From Takakia lepidozioides (lineage: Eukaryota; Plantae; Bryophyta): a stretch of DNA of 64,000 nt. Below are positions 51,841 to 64,000 of this stretch, one piece after another (the first letter of the stretch is position 1; each line of letters opens with the position of its first letter). The position numbers and the translations under genes are program-made. The stretch is from assembly GCA_030704615.1 (NCBI GenBank), contig CM060731.1, positions 12,710,001-12,774,000 on the forward strand, read 5' to 3'. Under the pieces are notes generated by a model, which was not told the origin of the DNA, searched no databases, and saw only the letters and a list, made by a program, of their open reading frames with translations.

Positions 51841-52129
51841 AACATGCTGCAAGCAATCTGATTTTTCAGTACACCAAGATGCTGCTGATATGCTTGTCTT
51901 GTTGTCATGACCTGTACATAAACAAACCCCGCCTCCCACCTGTTTTATAATGAATGATTGGGTGAAATCAATTGGGAAGTCATGACAAGAATGGAAGAGT
52001 TTAGATGGTGCCCTGTTTATGGGTTGTTTATGTCTTTAATTGACAATGACCCTAGTGGGTCTTGTTCCATGTCTTGACATGACATGAGTATCTTCCCTCT
52101 CTCTCCCTCTCTTTAAGCTCCCGACGAGA

Positions 52130-52845
52130 TGAGTTTAAGGTCAGATGGTGGAGTCAGCTGCAGCATACGTCCAACACCAGATATCCTAAGTTAATCGACT
52201 CTATATCTTGGAAACAAGACGCCCACCGACCTGTCAAACAGTGGCACTAGAAGACAGTAGAAAAGATTCTCAAGGACTCGAACCGCAAATCTTCACCCTG
52301 CTGGATAAATCTGACTTAGAGTTGTTAGTGTCCACCCATGTCTGTTGCCATGAGATTGTTTGATGAAAAGAGTAGGCAAAAAACTTCCCTGAACTGGTTT
52401 CCAGTCTATGACATGGGGGAGGACATCTTGGATGACCTAAAGGGTCTACCCACTTTCGACACTAGACTGAAATTTAAACTAGGAAGCCTTCATTTGATAA
52501 GCAAACAGAAGCAGAGCGGAAAGGGAGAGTGCAATTGCCTGTTTTGTGGGCACCATGAAGACATTATTCATTTTCTGATACACTGTCCGGGGTTCTCTCA
52601 CCAAAGAGACGTCAAGGGAATTGTGCATGTACCTCTGTTTACTAACTTTGAAAGTGTCGAGGCTGAGCCAAAAGCCCAGCCGCTTCTGAGGCCTAGTTTT
52701 GGGCAATCACATACAGCAAAATTGATGCTTGTGTGAAGGGATTTGTAGAGGATATCTGGAAAACCTAGATTAATTCTATATGTGAAAGTAAGTCTTACTA
52801 CAACGTCAGCCCTGACAGAGGTAGGTCTGTCCCTTTGTTTCCCAA
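52130..52845 (+). mobile_element. 3' end of a non-LTR retrotransposon (C-terminal CCHC finger plus 3' UTR)
   Basis: CLFCGHHEDIIHFLIHC is a zf-RVT-type motif; the 3' tail carries a stem-loop that is repeated at ~50295-50350. Confidence 0.6.
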
Positions 52846-53134
52846 GAGAGGGGGCAACAAAGAAAAAAATAAAAAACTGTGGGGGGAGTCACTCCCCCCA
52901 CCTTCTTTTCTTTTCTTTGTTGCCCCCTGATGTCTCCCTCTCTCTCCCTCTCTCTCCCTCCCTCCTTGGAATTGGCCGGTTTTATCAGTTTTTTTTCCTG
53001 TTTTTCCATCTATACAGGATGGACTCTAAACAGTGTTTTCACCCGCCCCCCTATAACGTTTTTATCCATACCGGATGAATTACCTGGGTGGACACTGCTC
53101 TAAACTGAGTCTATGATTTTTTCATTCATCAACC

Positions 53135-56100
53135 AGTACTGGGAAGGTCCCAATCTCCTAGGTGTCCCTTCTGCAAGCCATACTTGCGCAAACCCCTCTT
53201 CACTGTCTGAACAACCCTCTCTGCCAAGCCATCGGCCTCATGATGATCCCGAGAAGTGGTGCGGTGGTCTACCAAGGCCTTGTCACACAACGCCTGAAAC
53301 TCCCCCAAGAACTCTCTCCCTTGGTCCGTGAGTATCTCAGCTGGAGCACCGAATCGGATAATTGGAAGAGGGTGCAATTGTGGTGTAGGGGCGTTGAATG
53401 AAGCACGCACCTTGTCACACACCATGCATCTAGCCACAAATTGTTGCACCTCTGTGTGCATACCACGCCACCAATGTTGCCCTTGCAGTAGACTATGAGT
53501 GCGTCGCACCCCAAAATGCCCCAAATCCTCATGGGCATGCCGCACTAACCGTGCCCGCTATGTTGGGTGAGGCACAATCCTCACTCGACCATCCTCCCAC
53601 ACTCGGAGCAGGTGTGTCCCTCCCACTTGAACCTCTTGGCTCGTTGTAGGATCCGATCCCTCTCCTTGCAGTCACAGGGGCTGCCGTTTCCAGTGCGGAG
53701 GTAGTCCAACACAGCTGAATCCTCATGTATATCTTTGGCATCACCTTGCTCATTGTTGGCCTCAGGGTCCTCAGACACTCGATCTACATTCATCCTTGTT
53801 GTAGGTCCAACCTGGCCTTCCACTGCCAAAATACACAGAAATGCAGATGCATGCCATCCGGGCACCATCTCCTCGTCCGTCTCACCATGCCACCGAGCTC
53901 CAGTGTCATCCTACTGGTTCGTGCATGGATTGCGACTCAACCATCCGCATCCCGATTGACCAAACCCGGTCGATGCACAACCTGAAAGACATACTCTTGA
54001 AGTATGAGTGCCCACCGTGCAAGCTTCCCCGTAAGCTTGTCTAACTCCATCAACCACTTGAGTGGCTGATGATCCGTGACAAGGGTGAAGAGATTGTCCT
54101 ATATATAGCACCTGAAATGTGCCACGGCCCACACTGCAGATAAGCACTCTCCCTCATATGAGCTATACTTAGTCTCTGCAGCGTTGTTCGAGCGACTGGC
54201 ATAAGCCACTACGAACTCTCTTCCCTCATCATCCACCTATGTGAGCACCGCTCCAAGCCCCAGCATGCTCCAATCTGTATGCAGCTGAAAAGGACGCCCC
54301 TGATAGGTCGTCTCAAGATGGGCGCCGAGGTCAACCTCGCCTTGAGCTCTTGGAAAGCTTGTTCTTGTTCATCTTCCCACTGCTACTCCTGGTCCACATT
54401 GGTCAGCTTGGTTAGAGCCTTTGCAATGGCACTAAATCCCTTGACAAACCGTCTATAATAGTTTGCCAACCCCATGAAAGCTCGAACTCGGCTCACATCC
54501 GTGGGGCGTGGAATCTGTGCAATGGCCTCTACCTTAATCCGCTGTACCCCCAATCCTCCAGGATATATCATGTGACCCAGATACTCAATCTGGTTGTGGA
54601 AAAACTTGCACTTCCCCGGATGTAACTTCAATCCGTGCGCCCTCAAGCGTTCAAATACCACCTGAAGGTGTCTCTCATGCTCCTCCACCGTAGCACTAAA
54701 GATGATGATGTCATCTATGTAGCACGAGCAAACTCCACCCCTGCTAGAATCCTGTCCATGACTCTTTGAAACTCTGCAGGAGCGTTCTTAAGCCCAAATG
54801 GTAAGAACCGCCACTGGTATAGGCAATCCTTCCCGTGTTCATTGATCCCCCAGAATGATGTCTTCTGCTTATCCGCCTCCTTGACCGGCAACTGGTGATA
54901 TCCGGATCGTAAATCCAAAGTGCTAAAGACCTTGGCATGCCCAATGGCATCAAAGATCTCCTCTGGTGTTGGCATGGCATACCTATCGGACTTGGTCTGA
55001 CGATTTACAGGCCGGTAATCACCGCACATACGTCTCTCCGTCCAATTGCCATAGACATCTTTCTTGGCTGGCATCACTGTGGCTGAAGCATACTCTCCAC
55101 CAGATAGCTCCACCAAACCAGCCTCCCAGAGGTCCTGAGTCCTCATCTGAATCAAGGACCTCTCCATGTCATTGTATCTATAGGGTCTCCGAAAGATTGG
55201 CGTGTCAGTGGCCAATTCAATGCAAATCTCTTGACCCTTCAGTGCTCCCAAGTCCTTCAAACTGAAGGCAAAGCAGTTCCTGTAAGCCCTCAAGAACCGC
55301 CGTATACGTCGTCTCTCTCCTCCGGTGACTATGGGTCCAACATCAGGCTCCCAGTTGTCCTCCATGACTGCAACCTTGAGTCCAGCAAGCTTAGAGGTAG
55401 AAGACGCATCCCGTGGTTGCTATGCTGCAACCTCTTGAGCAGTAACCACTGCCTGCTCTGTCAGTGACAATGCCTCATCCTGCCCCATCATCTCATCCTT
55501 GAGGACCTCCTCAACCCGAGAAAAATCCCCAACCTCATCCATCACCGCCGCCTTGGCTGCCAACTCCCTTTGAACCTCGAGCACCTCCCACGTGTGCCAT
55601 GGATGCGGCCTGCACCTCGTGGTCCTCACCTGTTCGCCCCCACTCGCTGCCTGTACCGTCTCGGTAGGCAGAGAGACTATAAAGGGAAGTGTACTCCGTA
55701 CTCTGTTCTGCTCAGCTATAGCCAAGCTGATAATCCAGGTCAAGCAATTGAGATCCATTGCTTGCCCCAACACCTGACGACGTGATGCCTCAGAAAGAGA
55801 TGGCACCGCCGTGGTACCAGTGGTAAAACCCATCGCCTGCTCGCGCTCGTCAGCATTGGGTTCCACTAACTGCTACAACTGGCTATCCCACAAGAGGCCA
55901 GGTCCACCATCCTGGAAAGCATGAGATCCTGGAAAGCTGAGCAGTGTAGGCAATGCGGTTCGTGGGTGACCCACCTTATTGACCACTGCCAAAGGTGATC
56001 GGTCATCGTGTCTCACACGCTGAGACTGTCTCCCTATGTCCAAAATGCTATCCACCGTCAGGTGTGGTGGCCGCTGCACCCCATCAAATGCACGCTTGAG

Positions 56101-59100
56101 CAGTGCAGGTGGCATCAAGTTGGTCCACCATAGTCGTGGGCGATGAGCCCGTGACCCCACTGCAGTTGCATCCAGCAACACTGCTAACCCAAGCCAAGAC
56201 CGCACTTGATGCACACTAGCCATTACCTTGGCCCGAGAATCACCCATCAATGGCACATTCTCCAAGATATATGCTGGAGAGTCTGTCTGCTGAAGTAGTA
56301 AATAGCGTAGGACCCTCAACATTTCCCAAAACATGCGTGACCTTGAGTCGTATAACCCATTGCCATGCCCGGCTGATGAATGCCCTTGGCAGGGCCAACC
56401 TACCACTACCAAGTGAATAGGGTCAACCCGCTCCAAATCATGCGCCCCCAGCAAAGAGATGTCTGCTGGCAATGCTTGTTGGTATCCACGAACTGCAGAC
56501 ACTGGCAACAAATCAAGGGCCTGCTGCAAATCCTTGCTCGTATCCCACAATGGAGTGTGAGCAACCATGGCAGACATCTCCGCCGTACCATGCATGTCAT
56601 CCTGCTCTGCTGGAGGTGGCACATCCTTTGCATGGGCATTGCCCTCCAGCAACTCTCCAGGCCAACTAACTGCAGCTGTGAAGGCTGCTAGTGTTGGCAT
56701 CTTGCCCCGCTGGGCAGCAGCAACACTCCCAATGAATGTCACAGGGAGTTATACACGACGACCATCCCCTGACTGCCATCCAGGCCTGTAGGATGCTGAC
56801 TCCTCCCAAAAATCCAGGGTGAAGCCCGTGGGATATAACATTGCCCCACCAACGAGGACATCGTAAGAGACCGCATCTGTCACAATGGCCTTGGCTCGCA
56901 TCACTGAGCCATCTATAGGATGATCCGGCTATAGTCTAATGGCCAACTCACGCCGTGTCATGCCCCGAGCCTGCTCTGATCCTCCTAGAGATGTCTGTAT
57001 CTGGAAAGGACAAGGCTCCATATCCGCCTCCATGAGGCCCAAACCTGCAATAGCAGCTCTGCCCAACATCAGTGGTTGAGCTCCCAAGTCCATCAAGACC
57101 CGCAGTGGCCGGTACCTCTTGCCTGCCGGTCCACTCAAAGAGAAAATGACATCTTGGTTGTCTAACAAGACAACTCCAGGTGTCACCATGGCGTGCTCAA
57201 AGGCTGACCTAGGTGGCAGCTCCGTCAACCTGGCAGCTGTAGCTTGCCATGGCACAGCCATGAAATCCGAGGATCCCTTTGCCACTACACCTTCCACCAA
57301 CTATGCAGAAGATGAAGTGACCTCCCCACTCTCGCAGAGTGTGGCTACTAGTCTGAACACTGCAGCTGGTCTTACCCCCGACGTCGCGATCATGGTTGCC
57401 GAGAACAGTGGGGCTTGACACACAGAGGTGGCTGCCCCCAACAACACACTGGCTGCACTAGCCTTGGCAGCAGGGGCCAGTGCTGCACGTGTAGCTCTCC
57501 CCAATGGCACAATAATGGCCTCTGTATCTGTCGGGCAAGAACTAGGTGTCATGGATGTCGTCGACACTGTCTCCCCCAAGATGAATGATTGAGGCAACCT
57601 AGCCTAACGGCTTGCCTCCCCACGCTGGGATCTAACTCCACCTCTGCACCTCGTGGCTCAGGAACTCGTGCTGCTTCTCGAGTGACGGCTGCAGCAGACT
57701 CCACCTGCACTAGTGGTAGTGCTGCCCTACACATAAATCCCATGCCTTCCATGTCTCCTCCGTCAGGATGACGCTGCTGAGGAGGAACAGGAGATGGACC
57801 CTCAGGTCTTGGAGCTGGTACTACCTGAGCTGTGGCCATGGCACCAAGCCTTTGCTCTAGTTGCTGAAGTCGGTTGGTCATGCCTTGGTCAACTCCCTGA
57901 CCTCCATGTCCTTAGCCATACTGTGTTTGCCCTCGTCCTACACCTCGTGCCTGACCACCTCGTCCTCTCTAAGGTGCTCCAGCCACCATTGTTCCCTTGT
58001 TGTGCTTGTGCCGGCCTTTTGCCACTTTCTGGGCAATCTTTCTTGACATGAGATCCTCCACATGTCCAATATATCACCCCTGATTGCTGTTGGGTTGCAA
58101 AAGATGCTACTGGCCTCTGCACTTGAGGTCCTCTGTAAGCTCCATGGAATTTGGGTAGTCCCTTGTGCCTGTTGGCTGGCAGCTGCACTTTGTGCAGCCA
58201 TGTCCTTGCCAAATCCAATGGTAACAACTCGCTCCTCCACCATGTTGAGCTCAATCCGCTCAACCAGCAGAAACACATCTGCTAATGTGGGTTGGGCCGC
58301 TTGTAACAAGGTTGCATCCCGCACCCTTCTCCTGAGCTCCTTGTCCAAAATTCCATACCAGAACTGGATTGCCTGAGCTTCAGTAACCCCCTGGGTCACA
58401 CTTATCAAGCGCCTCATACGAGTGTAGGCCTCTCGCAGACTCTCACTAGATTTGCGCAGGAAGTCTTGCAAACTTCGCAGCTTCTCTGTCCGTACACCTT
58501 GGTAGTTCTTCCGCAACTCCTTGAAGAACTCCACCACTGGGCTGAATCTAGACACGTGTTGTAGTCGTGGCAGGAGGAGTAGTAGCACCTTCCGCAGAAG
58601 TACCGGCACTACTTGTTCCACTACTAGTGCTGGCCGTGGGAGATATTGGTGCTGATGTCGCTACTGGTCGCGTTGTGCCTCGAGTAATGGAGACGTAGTC
58701 AGGTTACCAATACATCCTCCACTCCTCAATCTCTGTTTCATGTCCTCGCCTGAACTCGTGGTAATCGTCCATAGGCGGGCCTTCCTTCCACGCCATGAAT
58801 GGGGTGAACAGCTATGGATTGCGCATCTGCTGCAAATCACACCAGCTGTCAAACTCCTGGATAAAGTCATCCAGCTCGATTGTGCCCACAGCTCCAGAGT
58901 ACCTACGAGGCCCCTTGGTAGCTCCATACATCTCCGCCATGTCGTCCTACAATAATGGCGAAGAAAACTGCACCCCTGTTGATGAAGCCTCCGGGTCTGT
59001 GTCGGACTCTACAGTAGTCGAGGGTGGAGGTGAAGGTGGTCTGAACCGAATACCTCGTCTTGTGAACCCACTCTCACTGCTACTGCCTATAGCCGTACTC

Positions 59101-59200
59101 CCCTCAAAACCCTTGGGTAACTCCGTGATGACACTCACAACGTGCACCTCCCCTACGTGACACTATAAGGCTCTAGTACGAAACTCTGGGTTTCTGCTGA
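53135..59200 (-). mobile_element. Ty3/Gypsy retrotransposon with domain order gag-knuckle-protease-C5 DNA methyltransferase-RT-RNaseH-integrase; degenerate, 3'-truncated
   Basis: Gag 57938-58900; knuckle remnant WTCGGSHVKKDC; protease VLMDLGAQ; RT RMCGDYRPVN, LDLRSGYHQ, LPFGLKNAP and YIDD (~54715); RNase H LHTDWS...VAYASR; integrase HEDLGHFG...CMVC, TDQGREF and GLAER. Confidence 0.93.
55730..56520 (-). pseudogene. C5-cytosine DNA methyltransferase domain (DNMT3-like signature) within the Gypsy pol
   Basis: Motif IV GWPCQG (56386-56400), motif VI ILENV (56254-56268), motif VIII AHRPRLWWTN, motif IX EREQAMGF and motif X LGQAMD. One in-frame TAG at 55873. Motif I (FxGxG) not found. Confidence 0.9.
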
Positions 59201-59747
59201 ATCGCAGTAACGGAAGCCCGAGCTTGGCTAGGTGGTGATTTGCATCTACACCATTCTAATAGTGACATGGGTGGGCACCTGTTGCAATTTAAGGGTCATA
59301 TCCCAGTGGCTCAGGGCACCTGCACCTGCATCCACCGCAAGAACTCCTATGGTTGGCTGGTCATCAACCTAGTCTCACCATAGAAGAAACATTGGTGGTC
59401 TTGCTGGTCATCACTCCAGCCTCACCACCGACATCATACTCTAGGATTGACCGGTGATCAAATCCGGCCTAATCCCTATGAAAGCAAGCGCCCACACAAA
59501 ACCAACATGGCGCACAGTCAAGCATGCAGGCGTAGGGGGGGATCCAAACACAAGAAATCAAAACATCAACACCCCCACACCAAAATCCATCTGCAGTGCT
59601 GATCCTGCAGAACATCCCAGCCCAAAATCCCGGACTAACTGGCCTCCACCAAGAGCGGCTTTGGCAACTACAAGTACAAAGTAATGAAAATAGTAAAAAG
59701 AAGGAGGGGAAGAATAGAGGCCCGACCAAGCAAGATCTAATCCTAAT

Positions 59748-60497
59748 CTATGTTATCAACTGTTTGACTTCTCTCAAAGTGCCTCGCTCTGCATGATGGT
59801 AAGGTGTAGGAGGTATATCTATGTCCAGAAACCTGTTACTAACCTTATCCCTAGCTACAGTAGCTCGCTCTAACCAACCCTCCTCCTCTCTCTGCCAGGT
59901 AGAGACAAAGCAATACTCCCCTATCTCCCGCTCACTGAACACTAAAGAAAATAAAGGTAGGGTCTGACAATCTCTCAACTCAAAAGCTTTGAGGCGGTTG
60001 CGGGTGTCCTCATTGCGAATGATTGCATCTCCTTCAAGCAGAACAAACTTTTCATTGCTAATGAAACCCCGCTCGTGGTTGCCTCGTGTAGAGCGTGTCC
60101 GGCTGCAACCATGTTTGATTGCAAAAACTTGTGTAGCTCCTGCTCCTCTGCTCCAGTACACCACGGCCTTGTGGCTGAACACCTTGGTCCCCGGGGCTGT
60201 CTTTGGCTGTGTTCCAAGCCTAGCTTCCACCCACTTTGGTATTTCACCTACAGCTGCAGAACTGCTTGATCCAACAGAGTTCTGACTGTCCAAAGCAATA
60301 TTGAGGCCCTCAACGCCAACTACTGCAGTTTGTTGTCTATTGCTAATGCCTGACTCCCAGTATGCAATCAACTCGTCCAACTGCTCTCCACTCAAATCAG
60401 TCTGAGTTCCTTGAGAAACATAAATCTTGTCCCCTTGTGTGCACAGACTAAGAGAAGAGACCTGCCCTTCAATTACGTCCTCATTTCCCCCAGCCAT
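59748..60497 (-). CDS. Uninterrupted 249-aa ORF of unknown function upstream of the Gypsy gag, on the same strand
   Basis: ATG-initiated open frame; no recognisable motif. Confidence 0.45.
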   Translation of the reverse strand: MAGGNEDVIEGQVSSLSLCTQGDKIYVSQGTQTDLSGEQLDELIAYWESGISNRQQTAVVGVEGLNIALDSQNSVGSSSSAAVGEIPKWVEARLGTQPKTAPGTKVFSHKAVVYWSRGAGATQVFAIKHGCSRTRSTRGNHERGFISNEKFVLLEGDAIIRNEDTRNRLKAFELRDCQTLPLFSLVFSEREIGEYCFVSTWQREEEGWLERATVARDKVSNRFLDIDIPPTPYHHAERGTLREVKQLIT

Positions 60498-61881
60498 ACA
60501 AGGGGGACATCCCCAGATTTGTCTCTCATGTAGACCACAACAGGTTCTAGAAACAGAATTGTGGAACTTTCATAGCACACTCACACTCAAAAAATTCCAT
60601 AGATTTTTAGCAGGGTCTAGATAGGTAGATTTCCCCTTTCTGCAGCTATCCCCCCAAAAACTGAGTCAAACGGAGCTCATTTGACAAAGATATGACCAAC
60701 CAGGCTCTATAATATTTAAATTTGATCATAGAGGGATTTTTTTTTATAAATTTTTTAAAACTACACCCAAAGTACCTGGTCACTGGTTCCCAGTTCCCTG
60801 AGTTCCCTACTGGTCATCTTTGGAACATGTGACCACGATCGTGCTAGCTGCTTGGCTGCTGCTCTTGTAAAGATCCCGTAACAGCCCCATAGCAACTTAG
60901 ATGGATGCTAGCACGATCTCTTCCACCAATATTCAACTTTGAACAAGCCACGCCCCATTCTCATTCACACATAGTCACGAGTTTGAAAATGATTTGAGGA
61001 GACCATGAACTACAGAACTGATCAGCCGCACGCCACATGCCTAGTCCACTTTCAAGTGATTTTGTGTCATACCCAAATATTAGCAATCAACATCAGAGTT
61101 CGACCCCTTTGCACCAGGGTTTTGGAGCTCCAGTTACGGAAGAGCCTGCTAATCGCAATTCGTCTCCCTGCAATATTAACTGGCACGCCGCATCTTAGCC
61201 CGCTCATGGAGCTCCGGAGTATGAGAGCATCTTACATGTCGATGAACAGCCGACTGGCTTTGTTGCCCCTCCCTCCTGTTTGGGCGGACAGCCAAGTAGT
61301 CCGTATAGCAGCTCGCAGTTGGAAAGGACTCGTCCCAAAGATCACATAGTTGAGAGCTTGACCAACTGTATGCATATGGCTGGAAGATGTCTGGGCCACT
61401 TACGAGCTAGGCCCTCTATGACAGACTCTGCCTGGGGAAGGATTACTTAAGTAACCAGACTACTGACGGAAGGAGGTTTCGAAGGAGTGTACAGACAAAC
61501 ATTAGGCTTGGCACCCAGTGAACAACCTCTCAAGACATCTGGTTGCTATTTGTCCAATTCGACTACTCCCGTTGCTGGCACACTATACATCTTTCGGCCT
61601 TTGATCCAGAAACGTCACTCAATATAGATTATCTTATTTGCAGCTCCACGGTCAGGCAGGCTGTCCGTGGTTTCCCTTCATAAACCAGTCGTGCCAACTT
61701 CGGCCAGACACACCGTTGGCAGCTTAAGTCAGCCTTATGATGGCAACAACGATGACAAAGCTGATAGACAGTAGAAGGCTTCACCGCGCTTTCTAACCAT
61801 CGCTCCAGTGGCCAAACTTGACATCTTTCTAACTAAAGATTACCTGAACACAGATAATCACTTCTCTGTCTCCAACCAGCT

Positions 61882-63253
61882 TGTCACAAACATAATCTAC
61901 AGACCACCATAATTTTCTTCTCTCACTTTCAAACAAAAAAACAAGTGCTAAAACTAAACTCGCCTCTGGCACTCACAGATGCAAATTGATCTCTCTCGAG
62001 TGATATGAAAACTAAACTCACACTGTCTCTGTTGACACACAACACGAAATACAATACAATCACTCGTTAAAATAAGAGTCGATCCAGGGGCACCCCAAGC
62101 TATGGGGACTCCACCCCACAACATCCTACTCTCCCTCCATAAGTACACTCAGATGTTAAGCAGCGAGGGAGCTCGGTCGTGTAGGCTCAACTCGAGAGAG
62201 ATGAGCCGCATGACTGACGAGCTCGTGAAGATAAGATGGTTCAAGTGTCAAGCTAAACTTGACACCTGACTTAGTACTTGAACTAATTCCAAGTGTTAAA
62301 TACAAATAACTAGATTTATTCTAGTTAGTTTCACACTGTGTTTATTTAACTTGACACACATTATCACCACAATGTCACCTGCCAAGATTTGAATAGTAAA
62401 CCTCACATTCATCAAAAGTTGCACCTTACCATCACACTAGCAGCTGCTTTCTACAAACCCTTGAAATAATTAATTATATATCTACATATCTTCAGGTGTT
62501 TTGTGGGCCCAACAGACTCAATCCCCCTCTCGCTTCCCCTGCGCGGGCCCCCAATCGCGCGGACTGACCCCACCTTGCCACCCGCGAGCCCCGCCACAGC
62601 CCGCATTCAAGACCCAATTATCAAACAATGAGAGGCGGTTAAGAGTTAACTCCGACTTCTAATATTTTTTGAAAACCGGAAGGTAGTAACCCTTGGGGGT
62701 CAAGCGACACCATACTAAGTTACACTTGCTTCGGCAACGAGGTCACATTTTGTTTTTTGAATATTGTACACCACAATTATGGATTACCTTTGGCGCCAAT
62801 GGCCATTTGTTTCAATGACAGGTTTCTCAGCATACTCTAATTAGAAGTCATGATATTGGGGAAGCCAGCGTTGCTGCAGATGAATCTCTTGTCAAGTTAA
62901 ATAAACATAGTGTGAAACTAATTAGAATAAATCTAGTTATTTGTATTTAAGACTTGGAATTAGTTCAAGTGTTAAGTCAGGTGTCAAGTTTAGCTTGACA
63001 CCTCAACCATCTTATCTTCACGAGCCCGTCAGTAGTGGCTCATCTCTCTCGAGTTGAGCCTGCACGACCGAGCTCCCTCGCTGCTTAGCATCTGAGAGTA
63101 CTTATGGAGGGAGAGTAGGATGTTGTGGGGTGGAGTCCCCATAGCTTGGGGTGCCCCTGGCTCGACTCTTATTTTAACGAGTGATTGTATTGTATTTCGT
63201 GTTTTTGTGTCAACAGACAGTGTGAGTTTAGTTTTCATTTCACTCGAGAGAGA
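61882..63253. mobile_element. Two LTR-like copies in head-to-head inverted orientation (arms ~61990-62356 and 62890-63253)
   Basis: The ~365-bp arms are near-reverse complements and both start TGTCAAGTTAAATAAAC. The left copy plausibly ends TGACA at 61882. Confidence 0.8.
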
Positions 63254-64000
63254 TGATCTGTCTAGATTTTTGTAGTGCTAAACTAGATAGAGTTCTTTTA
63301 TGTTAGCACTATGTCGATGGTATTTGAAGTAGGGAAAGCACGACTCCTAATGAGTGGTTAAGGTAGAAGTCATTGCTGCTGGTTTTGTTTGCAGTATGGT
63401 ACGATGGCGTACATGGGAGGCACAACACAGGATGCCAAATAAGAGGATGGAGGCTTGGACAACCTCGTAGGCTCTACGCAGGATATACAAAGCCGGAGTA
63501 GCAGTTGTGCGGACAAACAGCCCGGCAGGTTGTTGCTTGCAAGTTGGTGAAAGAGCAAAGCGGCTTGTTCAAAGTGGGCCGTGAAAAAGCTGGTGGAGTG
63601 TTGCGCCTCCCAGTAGCATATTGGGCGATGAAGTCTTGCAACAGGGGCTAGCGGTTGTTGCAACCCGGTGAGACAGTGCGCGCACAAAGAGGGGCTGGGC
63701 GCGTTGAAGCAGCCACATAATACAGTCGTGGAGCCTGCAGGGTAGCCAGAGCAGAGGAATACACCCGAGCTACAAGATGCTTGGTCGGACTCTTAGACCC
63801 TGTGCAGCCAGGAACATTTAAGGCCGAGTTTTGTTGTATGAAACTTTCACAGTACTCTAGTAGGCCACACATAAGGAGGCTATTAATGGCGCGGCCCTCG
63901 CCAGGCACGGCACAGCAGGCTGTAGTGGTGCAATTGTTTCTAGCATGGCTGTCAGTTGGAACGTCGTGACAGGCCTGGCTAGTGCAGCAGCGGCCTCACC

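Noticed and set aside
59200-60900. 5' LTR and PBS of the DNMT-Gypsy
   Set aside because: Candidate TG...CA ends (60883, 59280) exist, but there is no second LTR or clear PBS to confirm them.
63300-64000. Short ORFs at the window end
   Set aside because: No recognisable motifs; probably degraded element interior.

Overview
Eukaryotic, intron-bearing, transposon-dense DNA, most consistent with a land plant and probably a moss (inference from GT-AG introns, telobox motifs, Copia/Gypsy elements and a two-pore-channel fragment). The only clearly intact host gene is a two-exon medium-chain dehydrogenase/reductase (ETR/QOR-like, 13929-15250), which has two damaged paralogues. The rest is nested mobile DNA: a Crypton-like tyrosine recombinase, a rearranged Copia with a 5-bp TSD, a SINE, a Helitron-like remnant, a MITE, LINE remnants, two Gypsy elements and a large Mutator-like (GCM-DDE-SWIM) element. 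The main signal is three transposon-associated DNA-methyltransferase-fold genes in 64 kb. Two are homologous multi-exon genes ending in a beta-class N4C/N6A amino-methyltransferase-like domain, with DIPD where DPPY is expected. Each is accompanied by its own array of ~22-bp CG-containing palindromes. One lies head-to-head with the Mutator transposase and the other lies upstream of the tyrosine recombinase. The third is a C5-cytosine methyltransferase domain inside a Gypsy polyprotein, between protease and RT. All calls come from reading the sequence by eye, and the boundaries of degraded elements are approximate.
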